A DNA stretch of 64,000 nt from Candidatus Poribacteria bacterium (GCA_965116925.1 OZ220744.1:4960001-5024000), one strand, 5' to 3'. Shown: positions 23,592 to 34,066, counted from the first letter of the stretch. Numbers and translations: made by a program. Notes: a model not told the origin generated them from the letters alone.

Positions 23592-23616
23592 CGAAGTAGG
23601 AAAGTTTTCGCTCTGA

Positions 23617-24687
23617 CTAGTTGGCGCGGATGATTTGCCACCCCTTCTCTGTGTCTGCTAAGACCAATGAGAGGGCACCAGAGGTCTGTTCGGCTTTTCC
23701 ACTGTCTTTCGGCGTATACTGGAGTGTGTAGATTCCGTTGACAACGGCAGTGTCATCAATTACATTCCGGTGAATGTTGATCTCTGTCAGTGTCATGTTG
23801 ATCTGATGATGCCTTTGAAAAAAATCAGCGGCTCTGGTTTGGATATCGTTATATGTTCGCCCATTGGAATTGTAGTTTGCTGAGAAGCAGGACATGACCT
23901 TCTCAAGATTGGCGTTGTCGTATCCCTCCTCATATTGCTTTAACACCATCCTTATCAATCCCTCGTCATTCGATGGCACCTCTGCTTGCGGGGCGAGTGC
24001 TTGAGTCAACTTCTGCGCTGTCTGACCCGTTGCTATTGGATAGCCCCACACTTCTAATTCCATGACCCGCGCAAACCCTTCGACTTCATAAACAGGTTTT
24101 TGTCGCGACATATACTGATAAACCCGCTCTGTATCGTTTGTTGACACGGGTACAAGGCGGATGTGTTGAGCAAACAGCTTGCCACGAATATCGTGCACAC
24201 GTTTCCCTTTGGTATTATCCCTTGCGGTGTATTGTCTATCTTTCGTATCGCCTGTTGGAATCAATCCCCAGCCTGTTCCGTGCCAATATTCAATCCGGTA
24301 GTCTTTGAGACCGTGCTTTGCAGCGGGGTACTGTTCGGAATTGATTGTGTACATGACAACTCGCCGGATGTCAACAGGTTCGGGTAGATCGATTCGCACA
24401 TAGGGTCGTCTGTTTAGATCCGAAGTGCGTAGATGTTCTAGGGTGCACCCCCAACCGCTGCCTTCATCCCATGTTTCGGAAGAGGTGTCCCCATCAATTA
24501 CCTCTTCGGGTAGATGGTTGGGTATGTGTTGTGAAGCATCGGCGGCTGCGCCCTTACTGAGAAGCGCAAAATTGTTGAGTTCTGGGGGTGGTTCAAAGAT
24601 CGGGCTTTGTAACGTTTGGGTTTGGCAACCGATTACAGTAATGAACAAAACCCCAACACTAAGGCGGAAACAGATTTTGGATAACAT
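23617..24687 (-). CDS. lipoprotein with a discoidin/F5-8-like domain and a C-terminal NTF2/SnoaL-like domain
   Basis: VIGC lipobox; IDGD..., IDLPEP.DIRRV, ELEVWG; C-terminal YE.GYDN.NL...FS.NY...GWQII. Confidence 0.7.
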   Translation of the reverse strand: MLSKICFRLSVGVLFITVIGCQTQTLQSPIFEPPPELNNFALLSKGAAADASQHIPNHLPEEVIDGDTSSETWDEGSGWGCTLEHLRTSDLNRRPYVRIDLPEPVDIRRVVMYTINSEQYPAAKHGLKDYRIEYWHGTGWGLIPTGDTKDRQYTARDNTKGKRVHDIRGKLFAQHIRLVPVSTNDTERVYQYMSRQKPVYEVEGFARVMELEVWGYPIATGQTAQKLTQALAPQAEVPSNDEGLIRMVLKQYEEGYDNANLEKVMSCFSANYNSNGRTYNDIQTRAADFFQRHHQINMTLTEINIHRNVIDDTAVVNGIYTLQYTPKDSGKAEQTSGALSLVLADTEKGWQIIRAN

Positions 24688-24992
24688 TGTCGTTACTCCT
24701 TTCGACTAAGGATGGTATGCTACCATGCCGTCACAGCCACACAAATTATAGTCAATGTGCCTGATGTTGTCCACAGGAATCTGCTTTTTCTACATATTTC
24801 TGCGCCCAACTAAAAACGGTTGATAAAGCAACCGAATTATGGTATAATCTAGCCAATCTCTGCTCCATAATTGACTGATTATGAATTTTGGTATTGTTAT
24901 TACGAGGGAGATGCAGGAGATTTTTTGCCTGCGAGTAAACATCAGTCAAAATTTAGATTGGAGCCATTCGTCCAAAGGGAGGTACGAGAGCA

Positions 24993-25406
24993 TTGCGTCA
25001 ATACGAAACCATTTTTATTATTAACCCAGATCTAGATGAAAGCCAAACAGATGGCGTTATTGAAGGCGTCAAGACGGCTATCGAATCTGGTGGAGGTAAG
25101 GTTCTAAAAGTAGATCCATGGGGGAAGAAAAGGCTTGCTTATGCAGTTAAGCAGCACAATGATGGCTATTATGTGCTTATCGTGTTTGAAAGTAGCCCTG
25201 AGTTTGTAACTCAACTGAATGGTCACTATCGAATTACGGAACTGATTATCAAGCATATCGTTGTGCAATTTGAAGGGGATCTAACCACACTTACTCCGAG
25301 CCATCCGTCGGCAACACAGGAAGAAAGAAGCGACTCGACAGATGCACGTTCTTTTAAAGATATTGAGAGCGAAGACGAGGATGCAGACGAGGATAAATAC
25401 TTTTAA
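24993..25406 (+). CDS. rpsF: 30S ribosomal protein S6
   Basis: RQYETIFI and WGKKRLAY motifs; TTG start. Confidence 0.96.
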   Translation: MRQYETIFIINPDLDESQTDGVIEGVKTAIESGGGKVLKVDPWGKKRLAYAVKQHNDGYYVLIVFESSPEFVTQLNGHYRITELIIKHIVVQFEGDLTTLTPSHPSATQEERSDSTDARSFKDIESEDEDADEDKYF

Positions 25407-25464
25407 TGCTATTGATATGGTTGATGAAGTATAGCATCAGCCAAAGCATAAGGAGACAGTAATC

Positions 25465-25914
25465 ATGGCAAGCTACAACAAGGTCATACTCATGGGAAAC
25501 CTTACCCGCGATCCGGAATTGAAATATCTTCCAAGTGGAACAGCAGTTGCGAATTTTGGACTCGCTATGAACGAAACTTACACCGACCGGCAGACTGGCG
25601 AAAAGAAGGAAGAGGCCTGTTTTGTTGAGGTAGAAACTTGGGGAAGACAAGCCGAAATTGTGAACGAATATTTTCAAAAAGGGAGACCTATTTTGCTTGA
25701 GGGAAGCCTCAAGTTTGACTCTTGGGAAGCCGACGATGGGACTAAGCGGAGCCGACTCAAGGTCAGAGCGTTTCGGTTCCAGTTTGTCGGAGGTTCTCAA
25801 GATGGCGACGGTGGTGGTGCTTACGATCAGGCATCACCCGCAGCAGCCCCTTCATCACCCGAATTTTCCGGTGAGCAGGGACCGTCTACAACTGACGATG
25901 ATATTCCTTTCTGA
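25465..25914 (+). CDS. ssb: single-stranded DNA-binding protein
   Basis: NKVILMGNLTRDPE; C-terminal DDIPF. Confidence 0.98.
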   Translation: MASYNKVILMGNLTRDPELKYLPSGTAVANFGLAMNETYTDRQTGEKKEEACFVEVETWGRQAEIVNEYFQKGRPILLEGSLKFDSWEADDGTKRSRLKVRAFRFQFVGGSQDGDGGGAYDQASPAAAPSSPEFSGEQGPSTTDDDIPF

Positions 25915-25952
25915 TATTAACCGTTGTATAAAATTAACGAACATTAAAAATG

Positions 25953-25984
25953 AAAAGCGGGCGCGGTCAATGCCCGCTTTTCTT
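25953..25984 (+). terminator. intrinsic terminator-like hairpin between ssb and rpsR
   Basis: AAAAGCGGGCG-cggtcaa-TGCCCGCTTTTCTT. Confidence 0.65.
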
Positions 25985-26012
25985 CTGTATTACAAATTGG
26001 AGGACTGAAATT

Positions 26013-26321
26013 GTGGCTAGGGAACAGCGTGGTGACACAAGATCAAGGGATAACCGATCAAGAGATACTCGTGACAACTTAAGAGATAGCCGTGAGGCGC
26101 CCTATCGAAGGGGTCGTCGTAAACGGTGTCGATTTTGCATGGATAAGGTAGATTTCATTGATTATAAGAGTATTGAAATACTCAGAAATTTTATGACGGA
26201 CCGCGGTAAACTGCTGCCGCGACGGGTTTCGGGAAACTGTGCGAAGCATCAAAGGGAGATAACACGAGCCATCAAGCGGGCACGTAACATTGCCTTAGTA
26301 CCTTTTACAACACAACAGTAG
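26013..26321 (+). CDS. rpsR: 30S ribosomal protein S18 (zinc-binding form, with an R/D-rich N-terminal extension)
   Basis: CRFC, IDYK, GKLLPRR..G.C..HQ..AIKRAR; GTG start after GGAGG. Confidence 0.95.
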   Translation: MAREQRGDTRSRDNRSRDTRDNLRDSREAPYRRGRRKRCRFCMDKVDFIDYKSIEILRNFMTDRGKLLPRRVSGNCAKHQREITRAIKRARNIALVPFTTQQ

Positions 26322-26401
26322 ATCATTATAGGTAAAGGCTACGCGTGATAGTTTTCCGACTCACATTGTAAAGCTTGGTCATAAAAATTGAGAGGCATTT
26401 T

Positions 26402-26854
26402 ATGGAAGTTATTCTTAAAAAAAGAGTTGAAACACTTGGAGATGAGGGAGACATTTTAACGGTTGCCAACGGTTATGCGCGTAACTATCTCATCCCCATG
26501 CAACTTGCAGTTCGAGCGACAGAGAAAAACCGACGGATGCTTGAGCATGAGCGACAGTTGATAGCAGCCCAAGGCGAAAAAGCGAAAGTAAGGGCTGAGG
26601 AACTCGCAAGCCGTATCGCAGAAGTCACTTGTACAATCCAAAGGCGCGCCGGGGAAAACGATCGGCTTTTTGGATCTATTACCTCGATGGATATTGCAGA
26701 TGCGCTGGCGAGCCAGGATATTGAAGTGGATCGTCGAAATATTGAACTAGAAGAACCCATTAGAGAACTAGGGGTTTTCACGGTTCCCATCCGCTTTCAT
26801 GCGGATGTTACCGCAGATATTCAGATTGTTGTTGTTCGTGAAGAGTCGTCTTGA
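26402..26854 (+). CDS. rplI: 50S ribosomal protein L9
   Basis: MEVIL...LG..G....V..GYARNYLIP and LFGSIT motifs. Confidence 0.97.
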   Translation: MEVILKKRVETLGDEGDILTVANGYARNYLIPMQLAVRATEKNRRMLEHERQLIAAQGEKAKVRAEELASRIAEVTCTIQRRAGENDRLFGSITSMDIADALASQDIEVDRRNIELEEPIRELGVFTVPIRFHADVTADIQIVVVREESS

Positions 26855-26893
26855 CGAACAGCCTTCACCAGTCCTAAACTCCGGGGTTGAGCG

Positions 26894-28228
26894 ATGAATA
26901 CCAAAACTACGGAACCCCTTCACGACAGAGATGCGGAGCAAGCTGTGCTTGGATCCATGATGGTAGATAGCGCAGTGATTCCCCGCGTGATCCCTATTCT
27001 CGGTCACACTTCGGAGGATTTTTTTACTGCAGATCATCAGCTCATTTATGCGGCGATTCTTTCGGTCTATGAGCGTCATAACAAGGTGGACCCGCTCCTT
27101 GTGTCGGATGAGCTCGAAAGAAAAAATGAACTCAATCGAGCGGGGGGCGATCTTTACCTCTATGATCTACAAGCCCGTATTGTCGAAACGGAAAGCACCG
27201 AGTTCTATGCACAGATTGTTCGAGAGAAATCGACACGCCGGCAGTTAGTGCAAACGGGAGAGCAGATCAGCAATCTAGCGCGTGACCAAGATCAGGAGCT
27301 CCGGGAGGTACTAGATCAAGCCCAAGAAGGGGTCTTTCGTCTCGGTCAAGCGGAGGATGACCAAGGATTTGTATCGGTTGGCTCGATTGTCAAGGAAACC
27401 TTGGCAGAGATCGAGCAACTCTTCCATAAACAGGACCAATACGTCGGTATACCGACGGGGTTTACCGATTTTGATCTAATGACTTCGGGGCTGCAGCGGG
27501 GTGATTTGATTATTATTGCGGCGCGACCCAGCATGGGCAAAAGTACGTTAGTATTGAATATGGCTCAGAATATTGCTATTGAGCAGGAATTGCCGGTTGC
27601 GATATTCAGCCTTGAAATGCCCACGCAGCAGGTGCTATTGCGGATGTTGGCTGCTGAAGCCCAGATTAACTTTGGTCACCTCCGCACTGGTAACTTGACG
27701 GGCGAGGATTGGACAGGCTTGACACAGGCGGTCAGTAGCTTGATGTCGGTGCCTATTTTTATCAATGATACAAGAGGAGTAACTGTACAGACACTGCGTG
27801 CAGAGGGGCGCCGCTTGAAAGGGGAACACAGCGATCTCGCGGTAATTATTGTTGATTATTTGCAGCTGCTGAGTGGTTCGGGGCGATATGCCGGACGGGT
27901 AGAAGAGATTTCTGATATTTCACGTGCGCTCAAGACCCTTGCTTGGGAACTGGATACACCGATTATTGCATGTTCCCAGTTGAGCCGTGAGGTAGAGAAA
28001 CGTCCGGATAAACGTCCGCTACTATCCGATTTACGGGAATCTGGAGCTATTGAGCAGGATGCCGATTTAGTTGCATTCTTGTATCGAGAAGACTATTATG
28101 ATGAAGCTGCGGATGACCAAGGAACTGCTGATCTGCTTATCAAAAAGCAACGCAATGGGCCCACAGGTACAGTCAGATTAGAATTCAATAAAACACAGAT
28201 GCGGTTTGCCAACATGTCCTATCAGTAG
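26894..28228 (+). CDS. dnaB: replicative DNA helicase
   Basis: AEQAVLG, AARPSMGKS, VDYLQL, SQLSR, SDLRESGAIEQDAD and KQRNGP motifs. Confidence 0.98.
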   Translation: MNTKTTEPLHDRDAEQAVLGSMMVDSAVIPRVIPILGHTSEDFFTADHQLIYAAILSVYERHNKVDPLLVSDELERKNELNRAGGDLYLYDLQARIVETESTEFYAQIVREKSTRRQLVQTGEQISNLARDQDQELREVLDQAQEGVFRLGQAEDDQGFVSVGSIVKETLAEIEQLFHKQDQYVGIPTGFTDFDLMTSGLQRGDLIIIAARPSMGKSTLVLNMAQNIAIEQELPVAIFSLEMPTQQVLLRMLAAEAQINFGHLRTGNLTGEDWTGLTQAVSSLMSVPIFINDTRGVTVQTLRAEGRRLKGEHSDLAVIIVDYLQLLSGSGRYAGRVEEISDISRALKTLAWELDTPIIACSQLSREVEKRPDKRPLLSDLRESGAIEQDADLVAFLYREDYYDEAADDQGTADLLIKKQRNGPTGTVRLEFNKTQMRFANMSYQ

Positions 28229-28299
28229 AGATAGGGTAGTTAAGTCTCTGATGTAGACATTCTTAAGTTTTTTGCGACCTTTATCCCGTGTGTCCCTCT

Positions 28300-29148
28300 A
28301 TGAATGACCAATCCCCTATCCAACGCCAGACCCTATATGATTCGCGTAGCTTTTTAGTCCGCGCTATCGATTTTGTCGGCGGCCGAGCCTTAAACGGTAT
28401 ATCTGGACTTGGGAACGCCACCATGCTGGTGTGGGAGACTTGGTCGTTAGCCTTTAGGCCTCCACTGCAACTTAGACTGCTAGTTTACCAGCTGTATCTG
28501 ATTGGTGTCAATTCGATATCAGTTGTGTTAATTGCTGGACTTTTTACCGGCATGGTATTGGCAACGCAGGGATACCATCAACTTATCCAGCTTTCAGCAG
28601 AAGGCACACTGGGTAAATTTGTCACTGTATCTGTCGTTAAAGAACTTGGACCGATGGTCACTGCGTTTGTACTTGCTGGACGAATCGGTGCGTCGATTAC
28701 GGCGGAACTGGGTACAATGAAGGTGACCGAGCAGATAGATGCCCTTGAGGTGATGGCAACGAACCCGGTCAAATACCTCGTCGTTCCCCGTTTTCTTGCT
28801 TGTGCAATCATGCTGCCGATCCTGACCCTTTTTGCGATTGTTTTTGGCATTGCTGGCGGTTATCTCGCCTCCATTATCCTGTTTGATATGAATGGTCTCT
28901 TTTTTCTTAAACTAGCCCAAGCAAATTTGTTTATCAGCAGTATTGTTATCAGTCTTGTTAAAGCGTCAGCGTTTGGGATGGCGATTGCTTCGATAGGTTG
29001 CTATAAAGGGTTTACAATCTCTGCAGCGGGCGGTGCCGAAGGAGTTGGCAAATCAACAACAGGGTCAGCAGTAACATCGTTGGTTACCATTTTGGCTCTA
29101 GATGCATTTTTGAACTATCTGCTTCATACGATTTGGGGGTTGCAATAG
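28300..29148 (+). CDS. mlaE: MlaE family ABC permease
   Basis: ELGP..TA...AGRIG..ITAELGTMKVTEQIDALEVM; GAEGVG. Confidence 0.93.
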   Translation: MNDQSPIQRQTLYDSRSFLVRAIDFVGGRALNGISGLGNATMLVWETWSLAFRPPLQLRLLVYQLYLIGVNSISVVLIAGLFTGMVLATQGYHQLIQLSAEGTLGKFVTVSVVKELGPMVTAFVLAGRIGASITAELGTMKVTEQIDALEVMATNPVKYLVVPRFLACAIMLPILTLFAIVFGIAGGYLASIILFDMNGLFFLKLAQANLFISSIVISLVKASAFGMAIASIGCYKGFTISAAGGAEGVGKSTTGSAVTSLVTILALDAFLNYLLHTIWGLQ

Positions 29149-29151
29149 CCG

Positions 29152-29219
29152 GCGGAGCGAAATAGGGGCGAGGTCTATCAATGTTACACCTTGCGCCTAA
29201 CTATGCCGCAACTCCGCTG
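29152..29219. repeat. REP-like intergenic inverted repeat
   Basis: taggggcgaggt...accttgcgccta nested within gcggag...ctccgc. Confidence 0.5.
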
Positions 29220-29227
29220 TAAGTAAA

Positions 29228-29965
29228 ATGATTTGGATTGAAGATCTTTGGAAAAACTTTGAAAACAAAGAGGTCCTCACCGGACTTGAGCTTTACATCC
29301 CTCGTGGTGAGACATTGGTTATTATGGGACAGAGTGGGTGTGGGAAAAGCGTTCTGCTCAAAATGATTACCGGGTTAATGAAGCCGGATCAAGGCCAAAT
29401 CTGGGTTGATGGCGAAGATATTACCACGTTCACACGCAAAGCCTTGAACCGGACCCGTCGAAAGCTCGGCATGCTTTTTCAATCGGCTGCCCTGTTTGAC
29501 TCGATGACTGTTGCGGAAAATGTTGGGTTCATGGTTTCCCAGCACATGAAACTCAGTAGGCGTGAAATCGACGAAATTGTTGCCGAAAAGCTCCATTTAG
29601 TCCAGCTTGATGGTACACAGGACCTGAGACCGGCAGAACTCAGCGGAGGTATGCGAAAGCGGGTCGGACTCGCCCGTGCTATTGCGTGCAATCCAGAAGT
29701 AATACTATACGATGAGCCGACGACAGGATTGGATCCGATTACAGCGTTAGAAATCAACCGACTCATACGCGATCTACATCAAAAGCTTCAAGTAACTTCT
29801 GTTGTTGTGACACACGATATGGAGAGTGCGTTTTCAGTTGGGACAAGGATGGCAATGATACATCAAGGTCAGGTGATTGCCCACGGGACCCCAGATGAAG
29901 TTTGGAAGATTGATAACCCTATTTTACAGCAATTTATTGGGCATGAAAACCGTCGTCAGGATTGA
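29228..29965 (+). CDS. mlaF: MlaF family ABC ATPase
   Basis: GQSGCGKS, LFQSAALFDS, LSGGMRKRV and YDEPTTGLDP motifs. Confidence 0.94.
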   Translation: MIWIEDLWKNFENKEVLTGLELYIPRGETLVIMGQSGCGKSVLLKMITGLMKPDQGQIWVDGEDITTFTRKALNRTRRKLGMLFQSAALFDSMTVAENVGFMVSQHMKLSRREIDEIVAEKLHLVQLDGTQDLRPAELSGGMRKRVGLARAIACNPEVILYDEPTTGLDPITALEINRLIRDLHQKLQVTSVVVTHDMESAFSVGTRMAMIHQGQVIAHGTPDEVWKIDNPILQQFIGHENRRQD

Positions 29966-29986
29966 CAGTTGTAGGTGAGGTGATCG

Positions 29987-31552
29987 ATGGGGTCGTGGAG
30001 TGTACAGCTCAAGGTGGGACTTGTTGTTATCATTGGTGTTGTTCTCCTTGTGATTCTGATAGTGAATGCCGCTAATTCACCTTGGAGTGTGAGTGGCGAG
30101 TTGTTACGTGTCAACTTTAATAATGCCGGTGATCTCCGCGTTGGTGCGAAGGTTCAACTCGCCGGTGTGCAGGTCGGCAAAGTCACGAGTGTTGAACTGA
30201 ATCAAGACGGAACCCGTGTTGAAGTTCAGATGCGGGTCAAAGACGCCTTTCAAAGGCTGCGCCAAGGTTGTCAGGTAAAAGTGGGCGTCATCGGTTTTGT
30301 CGGCGAAGCGTATATCCATTTAACGAATGGGCCTGTTGGGAATCCAAACTTAAAACCGGCGGACCTACCCCTGATAGGGAAAGATCCGCTTGACCTGTCG
30401 GAACTCGCTACACGAGGAGACAACATTGTTAGACAAGGTACACAATTTCTTGAATCCGCAAACCAGTTTATGGAAGCAAATCAAGAAAACTTTAGCGCGA
30501 GTATTGTGGAAATGCGGGCACTCATTGAGCAAACTAGCCGCGCTTTAACGGAGGTAGTTGGGGCTACGGATGAAGCTATACAAAATCTGAATCGTATCGT
30601 ACAGGAGAACGATTTCCGTTTGGCGCAAACCTATAGACGGTTCAATCGTCTGATGGATAGACTGGAAAGTGATACTTTACTAATCAGTAGTCAGATCGGG
30701 GATATTAATCGAGCGGTGCTTGAATTGGTCGATCGTAACTCTTCCCCCGTGGAACAGATAGTTGCTGACTTACAAACAAGTGCTACCAATTTTCGCCAGC
30801 TGTCTCAGCAGTTAGATCAAAATCTCGCTGAATTGACTGCTGGCATTTCGGACCTGATTGCACAAAGCCAAGAGGCCATTGCAACTGAAACGCCTAAAGT
30901 CGATCAACTGCTCGAAAACTTTACCAGTGCGATCCAAGGGTTGGATGGGCTGCGTGATAATGTGAATCAACTGCTTCATACTACCCAGCATGGGGAAGGC
31001 AGCATCGCTCAATTGTTGACTGAACCGGACGCGCTCAATGAAATGCGGCATACGATGAAAACGGTAGATGAGACAATGCTCGCGTTTCAGGACCTATCTC
31101 GGTTGTTAGATCAGGGTTCGGAGCAAATCAAGATACCTGAATTCGGTTGGGATTACGAACTCAGGTATTTAAGCCTTGAAGAGAGCCTACACAACGAGTT
31201 GGGCGTTTTGCTAGTTGCCTCGGATAGACAGCGATACCGACTTGGCTTAGGGACGCGTGAAGAGGAGATAAAGATAGACTTCCAGTACGGTTATGACTTC
31301 ACAAACAATCTGCGAGGTCGTGCTGGGTTCATGCGATCAAGAGTTGGCTTGGGATTTGATGTGTGGCTGCTCTCCCGAAAACTTGGTATAAGCTTCGAGG
31401 GCACACATCTGACCAGCAAAAATCCAGAACTTGGGGCGGAAGTGGCGTGGCGATTGTTTCCATACGGACAGATTATTATCGGCGCAGAGGATCTGACATC
31501 GGGTAATATCCGCTATACAGCAGGGCTTCGGCTCTTGTCGAAAAATTGGTGA
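29987..31552 (+). CDS. mlaD: MlaD/MCE protein with a long helical region and a predicted C-terminal beta-barrel
   Basis: N-terminal TM, MCE motif L.VGAKV.LAGV.VG.V, about 250 aa of coiled coil, GSIAQL, then amphipathic beta-strands. Confidence 0.85.
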   Translation: MGSWSVQLKVGLVVIIGVVLLVILIVNAANSPWSVSGELLRVNFNNAGDLRVGAKVQLAGVQVGKVTSVELNQDGTRVEVQMRVKDAFQRLRQGCQVKVGVIGFVGEAYIHLTNGPVGNPNLKPADLPLIGKDPLDLSELATRGDNIVRQGTQFLESANQFMEANQENFSASIVEMRALIEQTSRALTEVVGATDEAIQNLNRIVQENDFRLAQTYRRFNRLMDRLESDTLLISSQIGDINRAVLELVDRNSSPVEQIVADLQTSATNFRQLSQQLDQNLAELTAGISDLIAQSQEAIATETPKVDQLLENFTSAIQGLDGLRDNVNQLLHTTQHGEGSIAQLLTEPDALNEMRHTMKTVDETMLAFQDLSRLLDQGSEQIKIPEFGWDYELRYLSLEESLHNELGVLLVASDRQRYRLGLGTREEEIKIDFQYGYDFTNNLRGRAGFMRSRVGLGFDVWLLSRKLGISFEGTHLTSKNPELGAEVAWRLFPYGQIIIGAEDLTSGNIRYTAGLRLLSKNW

Positions 31553-31583
31553 ACTAGCTTAAGCACTGGGACGAATACCTAAA

Positions 31584-32942
31584 ATGGCAAAAGAGAGTCG
31601 ACAGTTTGTTTGTCAGGAATGTGGTCACGCCTCTATCAGATGGCTGGGTCGCTGTCCGGAGTGTGATAAGTGGAACACTTTCGTTGAGGAGATTGAGGAA
31701 GCAGTTTCTGTGCATCCCCGACTCGCAGCGCAGCCTGCCAGCGATCCGGCGCCTATTACGCGGATTAGTGCGAGTGAATCAGACCGGCAACTCACAGGGA
31801 TTGATGAGTTTGATCGAGTTCTTGGTGGCGGGATTGTACCGGGGTCTGTGGTGTTAATCGGTGGCGATCCGGGAATTGGTAAATCGACGATACTGTTACA
31901 GGTGAGTGATGCGTTGAGCCGCACTTATGGAGGTGTGCTGTATGTGTCAGGTGAGGAGTCAGTTGCCCAAACAAAGCTGCGGGCAAACCGGCTCGGCATT
32001 ACCTCTGATTCACTGTACGTCCTGTGCGAAAATAACTTGGAGCAGATTGAATCACATATTACAGAGCTCGATCCCCGTATGGTTGTTATTGATTCGATTC
32101 AAGCGGTCTACCTCCCCGGCTTACAATCTGCTCCGGGTAGCGTCGCCCAGGTTCGCGAGAGCGCAGCACAACTGTTGGTTATTGCTAAAAGTAAGAATAT
32201 CCCCATCGTCCTTGTTGGGCATGTGACTAAAGAGGGTTCTCTGGCAGGTCCCCGTGTTTTAGAACACATGGTTGATACGGTTCTCTATTTTGAGGGTGAG
32301 AAGCAACATATCTACCGCATTCTGCGGTCTGTGAAGAACCGATTTGGTTCGACCAACGAAATCGGAATCTTCGAGATGTTAAGCCGAGGTCTTGTCGAGG
32401 TTAAGAATCCATCAGAGTTGTTTATCAGTGAGCGACAGGAGAATACCTCTGGATCAGTAGTGGTGTCGAGCATTGAGGGCACCCGTCCGTTACTGCTGGA
32501 GCTGCAAGCGTTGGTTTCTCCTGCAAACTTTGGTTTTCCCCGCAACACGGCAGCGGGGGTAGATCGCCAACGAATTGCGCTGTTGATAGCAGTCCTACAG
32601 AAGAGAATCGGGCTTGACATCGGTGATTCGGATGTATTTGTCAATATTACAGGTGGGATGCGCGTTGATGAGCCCGGTATTGACTTGGGTGCCGCTATCG
32701 CGATAACATCGAGTCACCGAGATATCGCAATTGATCCGCGGACTGTCGTCATGGGCGAGGTCGGTCTAGGCGGAGAAGTTCGTGCCGTTGCACATATTGA
32801 GAAGCGGCTACTAGAAGCTGCAAAGTTAGGTTTTAATCGCGCGGTGTTCCCCGAGTCCAATCGTAAAGGCTTAGAATTAAAGGAAGATATTGAATTGGTT
32901 GGTGTCAAAGATCTTTACGGTGCACTAAGTGCACTACTATGA
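31584..32942 (+). CDS. radA: DNA repair protein RadA/Sms
   Basis: CQECG..W.GRCPEC zinc finger, GDPGIGKST, KNRFG, GEVGL.GE. Confidence 0.98.
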   Translation: MAKESRQFVCQECGHASIRWLGRCPECDKWNTFVEEIEEAVSVHPRLAAQPASDPAPITRISASESDRQLTGIDEFDRVLGGGIVPGSVVLIGGDPGIGKSTILLQVSDALSRTYGGVLYVSGEESVAQTKLRANRLGITSDSLYVLCENNLEQIESHITELDPRMVVIDSIQAVYLPGLQSAPGSVAQVRESAAQLLVIAKSKNIPIVLVGHVTKEGSLAGPRVLEHMVDTVLYFEGEKQHIYRILRSVKNRFGSTNEIGIFEMLSRGLVEVKNPSELFISERQENTSGSVVVSSIEGTRPLLLELQALVSPANFGFPRNTAAGVDRQRIALLIAVLQKRIGLDIGDSDVFVNITGGMRVDEPGIDLGAAIAITSSHRDIAIDPRTVVMGEVGLGGEVRAVAHIEKRLLEAAKLGFNRAVFPESNRKGLELKEDIELVGVKDLYGALSALL

Positions 32943-33016
32943 GAAAGGAGGCGTTGCGAACTGTCAATATGATGTTTGAGTTATCCACATACTAGATGTA
33001 CTATTAAAGAAAGGGG

Positions 33017-34066
33017 GTGGCTCGGGTGCAAATTTGGATTATCCGCATCGTTTTTACATTGTTTGGTGCAGCGTTGGGATTTATCATCGGTGATGCCACA
33101 GGAGGTGTTATCGGTTTTTTTGCTACTATCATTCTGGTCGGAATTGAATTCTCAATTCCGCGCCCGCTACTACGGGATTTTTTCGCCTGCTTCGCTGGAC
33201 TGACATTCGGTTTGATTGTGGCCGGTCTTATCATTTATATTATTCGAGCAACAACTGGCGCAATTAGCCCGGCACTGACGGGAGGCATTGTTCTTTCATG
33301 TGCTTATGCGGGGACAATGATTGTCTATCGCAGGCGAGATGCGTTTGCCCTGTTTTCCCTCACAACACACGGTATACAATCCAAGTCTCCAACAATTAAG
33401 GTCTTGGATACGAGTGTGATTATTGATGGACGGATTTTGGATATCTGCCAAACAGGATTTATTGATGGCGTGTTTGTGATTCCCCGATTTGTCTTAAATG
33501 AATTGCAACACATCGCGGATTCTTCCGATCTACTTCGTCGCAACAAAGGACGGCGTGGCTTCGAGATTTTACGTTTGATGCAAAACAATCCGGACATCGA
33601 TGTTGAGGTAACAGAAGAAGATTTTCCCGAAGTGCCAGAAGTGGACGCTAAGTTAATCCATCTCGCTCAAGAAATAGGGGCGAAAATTATTACCAATGAT
33701 TTTAACTTGAATAAGGTGGCTGAACTTCAGGGGGTAACGGTGCTCAACATCAACGAACTTGCGAATTCTGTTCGTCCGGTCGTCGTTGCTGGTGAGGTTA
33801 TTCAGGTACGTGTTCTTCGTGAAGGAAAAGAACCGAACCAAGGGGTTGGCTATCTTGATGACGGGACAATGGTCATTGTTGAGTATGGTCGGCAATATGT
33901 TGGACAGACAATTGATGCGATTGTTACTCAAACATTGCAGACAACCGCTGGTCGGATGATTTTTACGCGTACGAAAACTGATGAAATGGACACTGATGAA
34001 CCAGAGGACGTGCGTTCTTATTCCCGCAGCTGGCCGCGGAAGCCGGATGGGTCATCATCGTACTAG
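33017..34066 (+). CDS. membrane PIN/TRAM-domain protein (YacL-like)
   Basis: TM helices, LDTSVIIDGRI, TNDFNL, QGVGYLDDGTM and QTTAGRMIF motifs. Confidence 0.93.
   Translation: MARVQIWIIRIVFTLFGAALGFIIGDATGGVIGFFATIILVGIEFSIPRPLLRDFFACFAGLTFGLIVAGLIIYIIRATTGAISPALTGGIVLSCAYAGTMIVYRRRDAFALFSLTTHGIQSKSPTIKVLDTSVIIDGRILDICQTGFIDGVFVIPRFVLNELQHIADSSDLLRRNKGRRGFEILRLMQNNPDIDVEVTEEDFPEVPEVDAKLIHLAQEIGAKIITNDFNLNKVAELQGVTVLNINELANSVRPVVVAGEVIQVRVLREGKEPNQGVGYLDDGTMVIVEYGRQYVGQTIDAIVTQTLQTTAGRMIFTRTKTDEMDTDEPEDVRSYSRSWPRKPDGSSSY

Noticed and set aside
24900..24992. S6:S18 autoregulatory leader upstream of rpsF
   Set aside because: The expected stem with a CCR internal loop could not be convincingly folded by eye.
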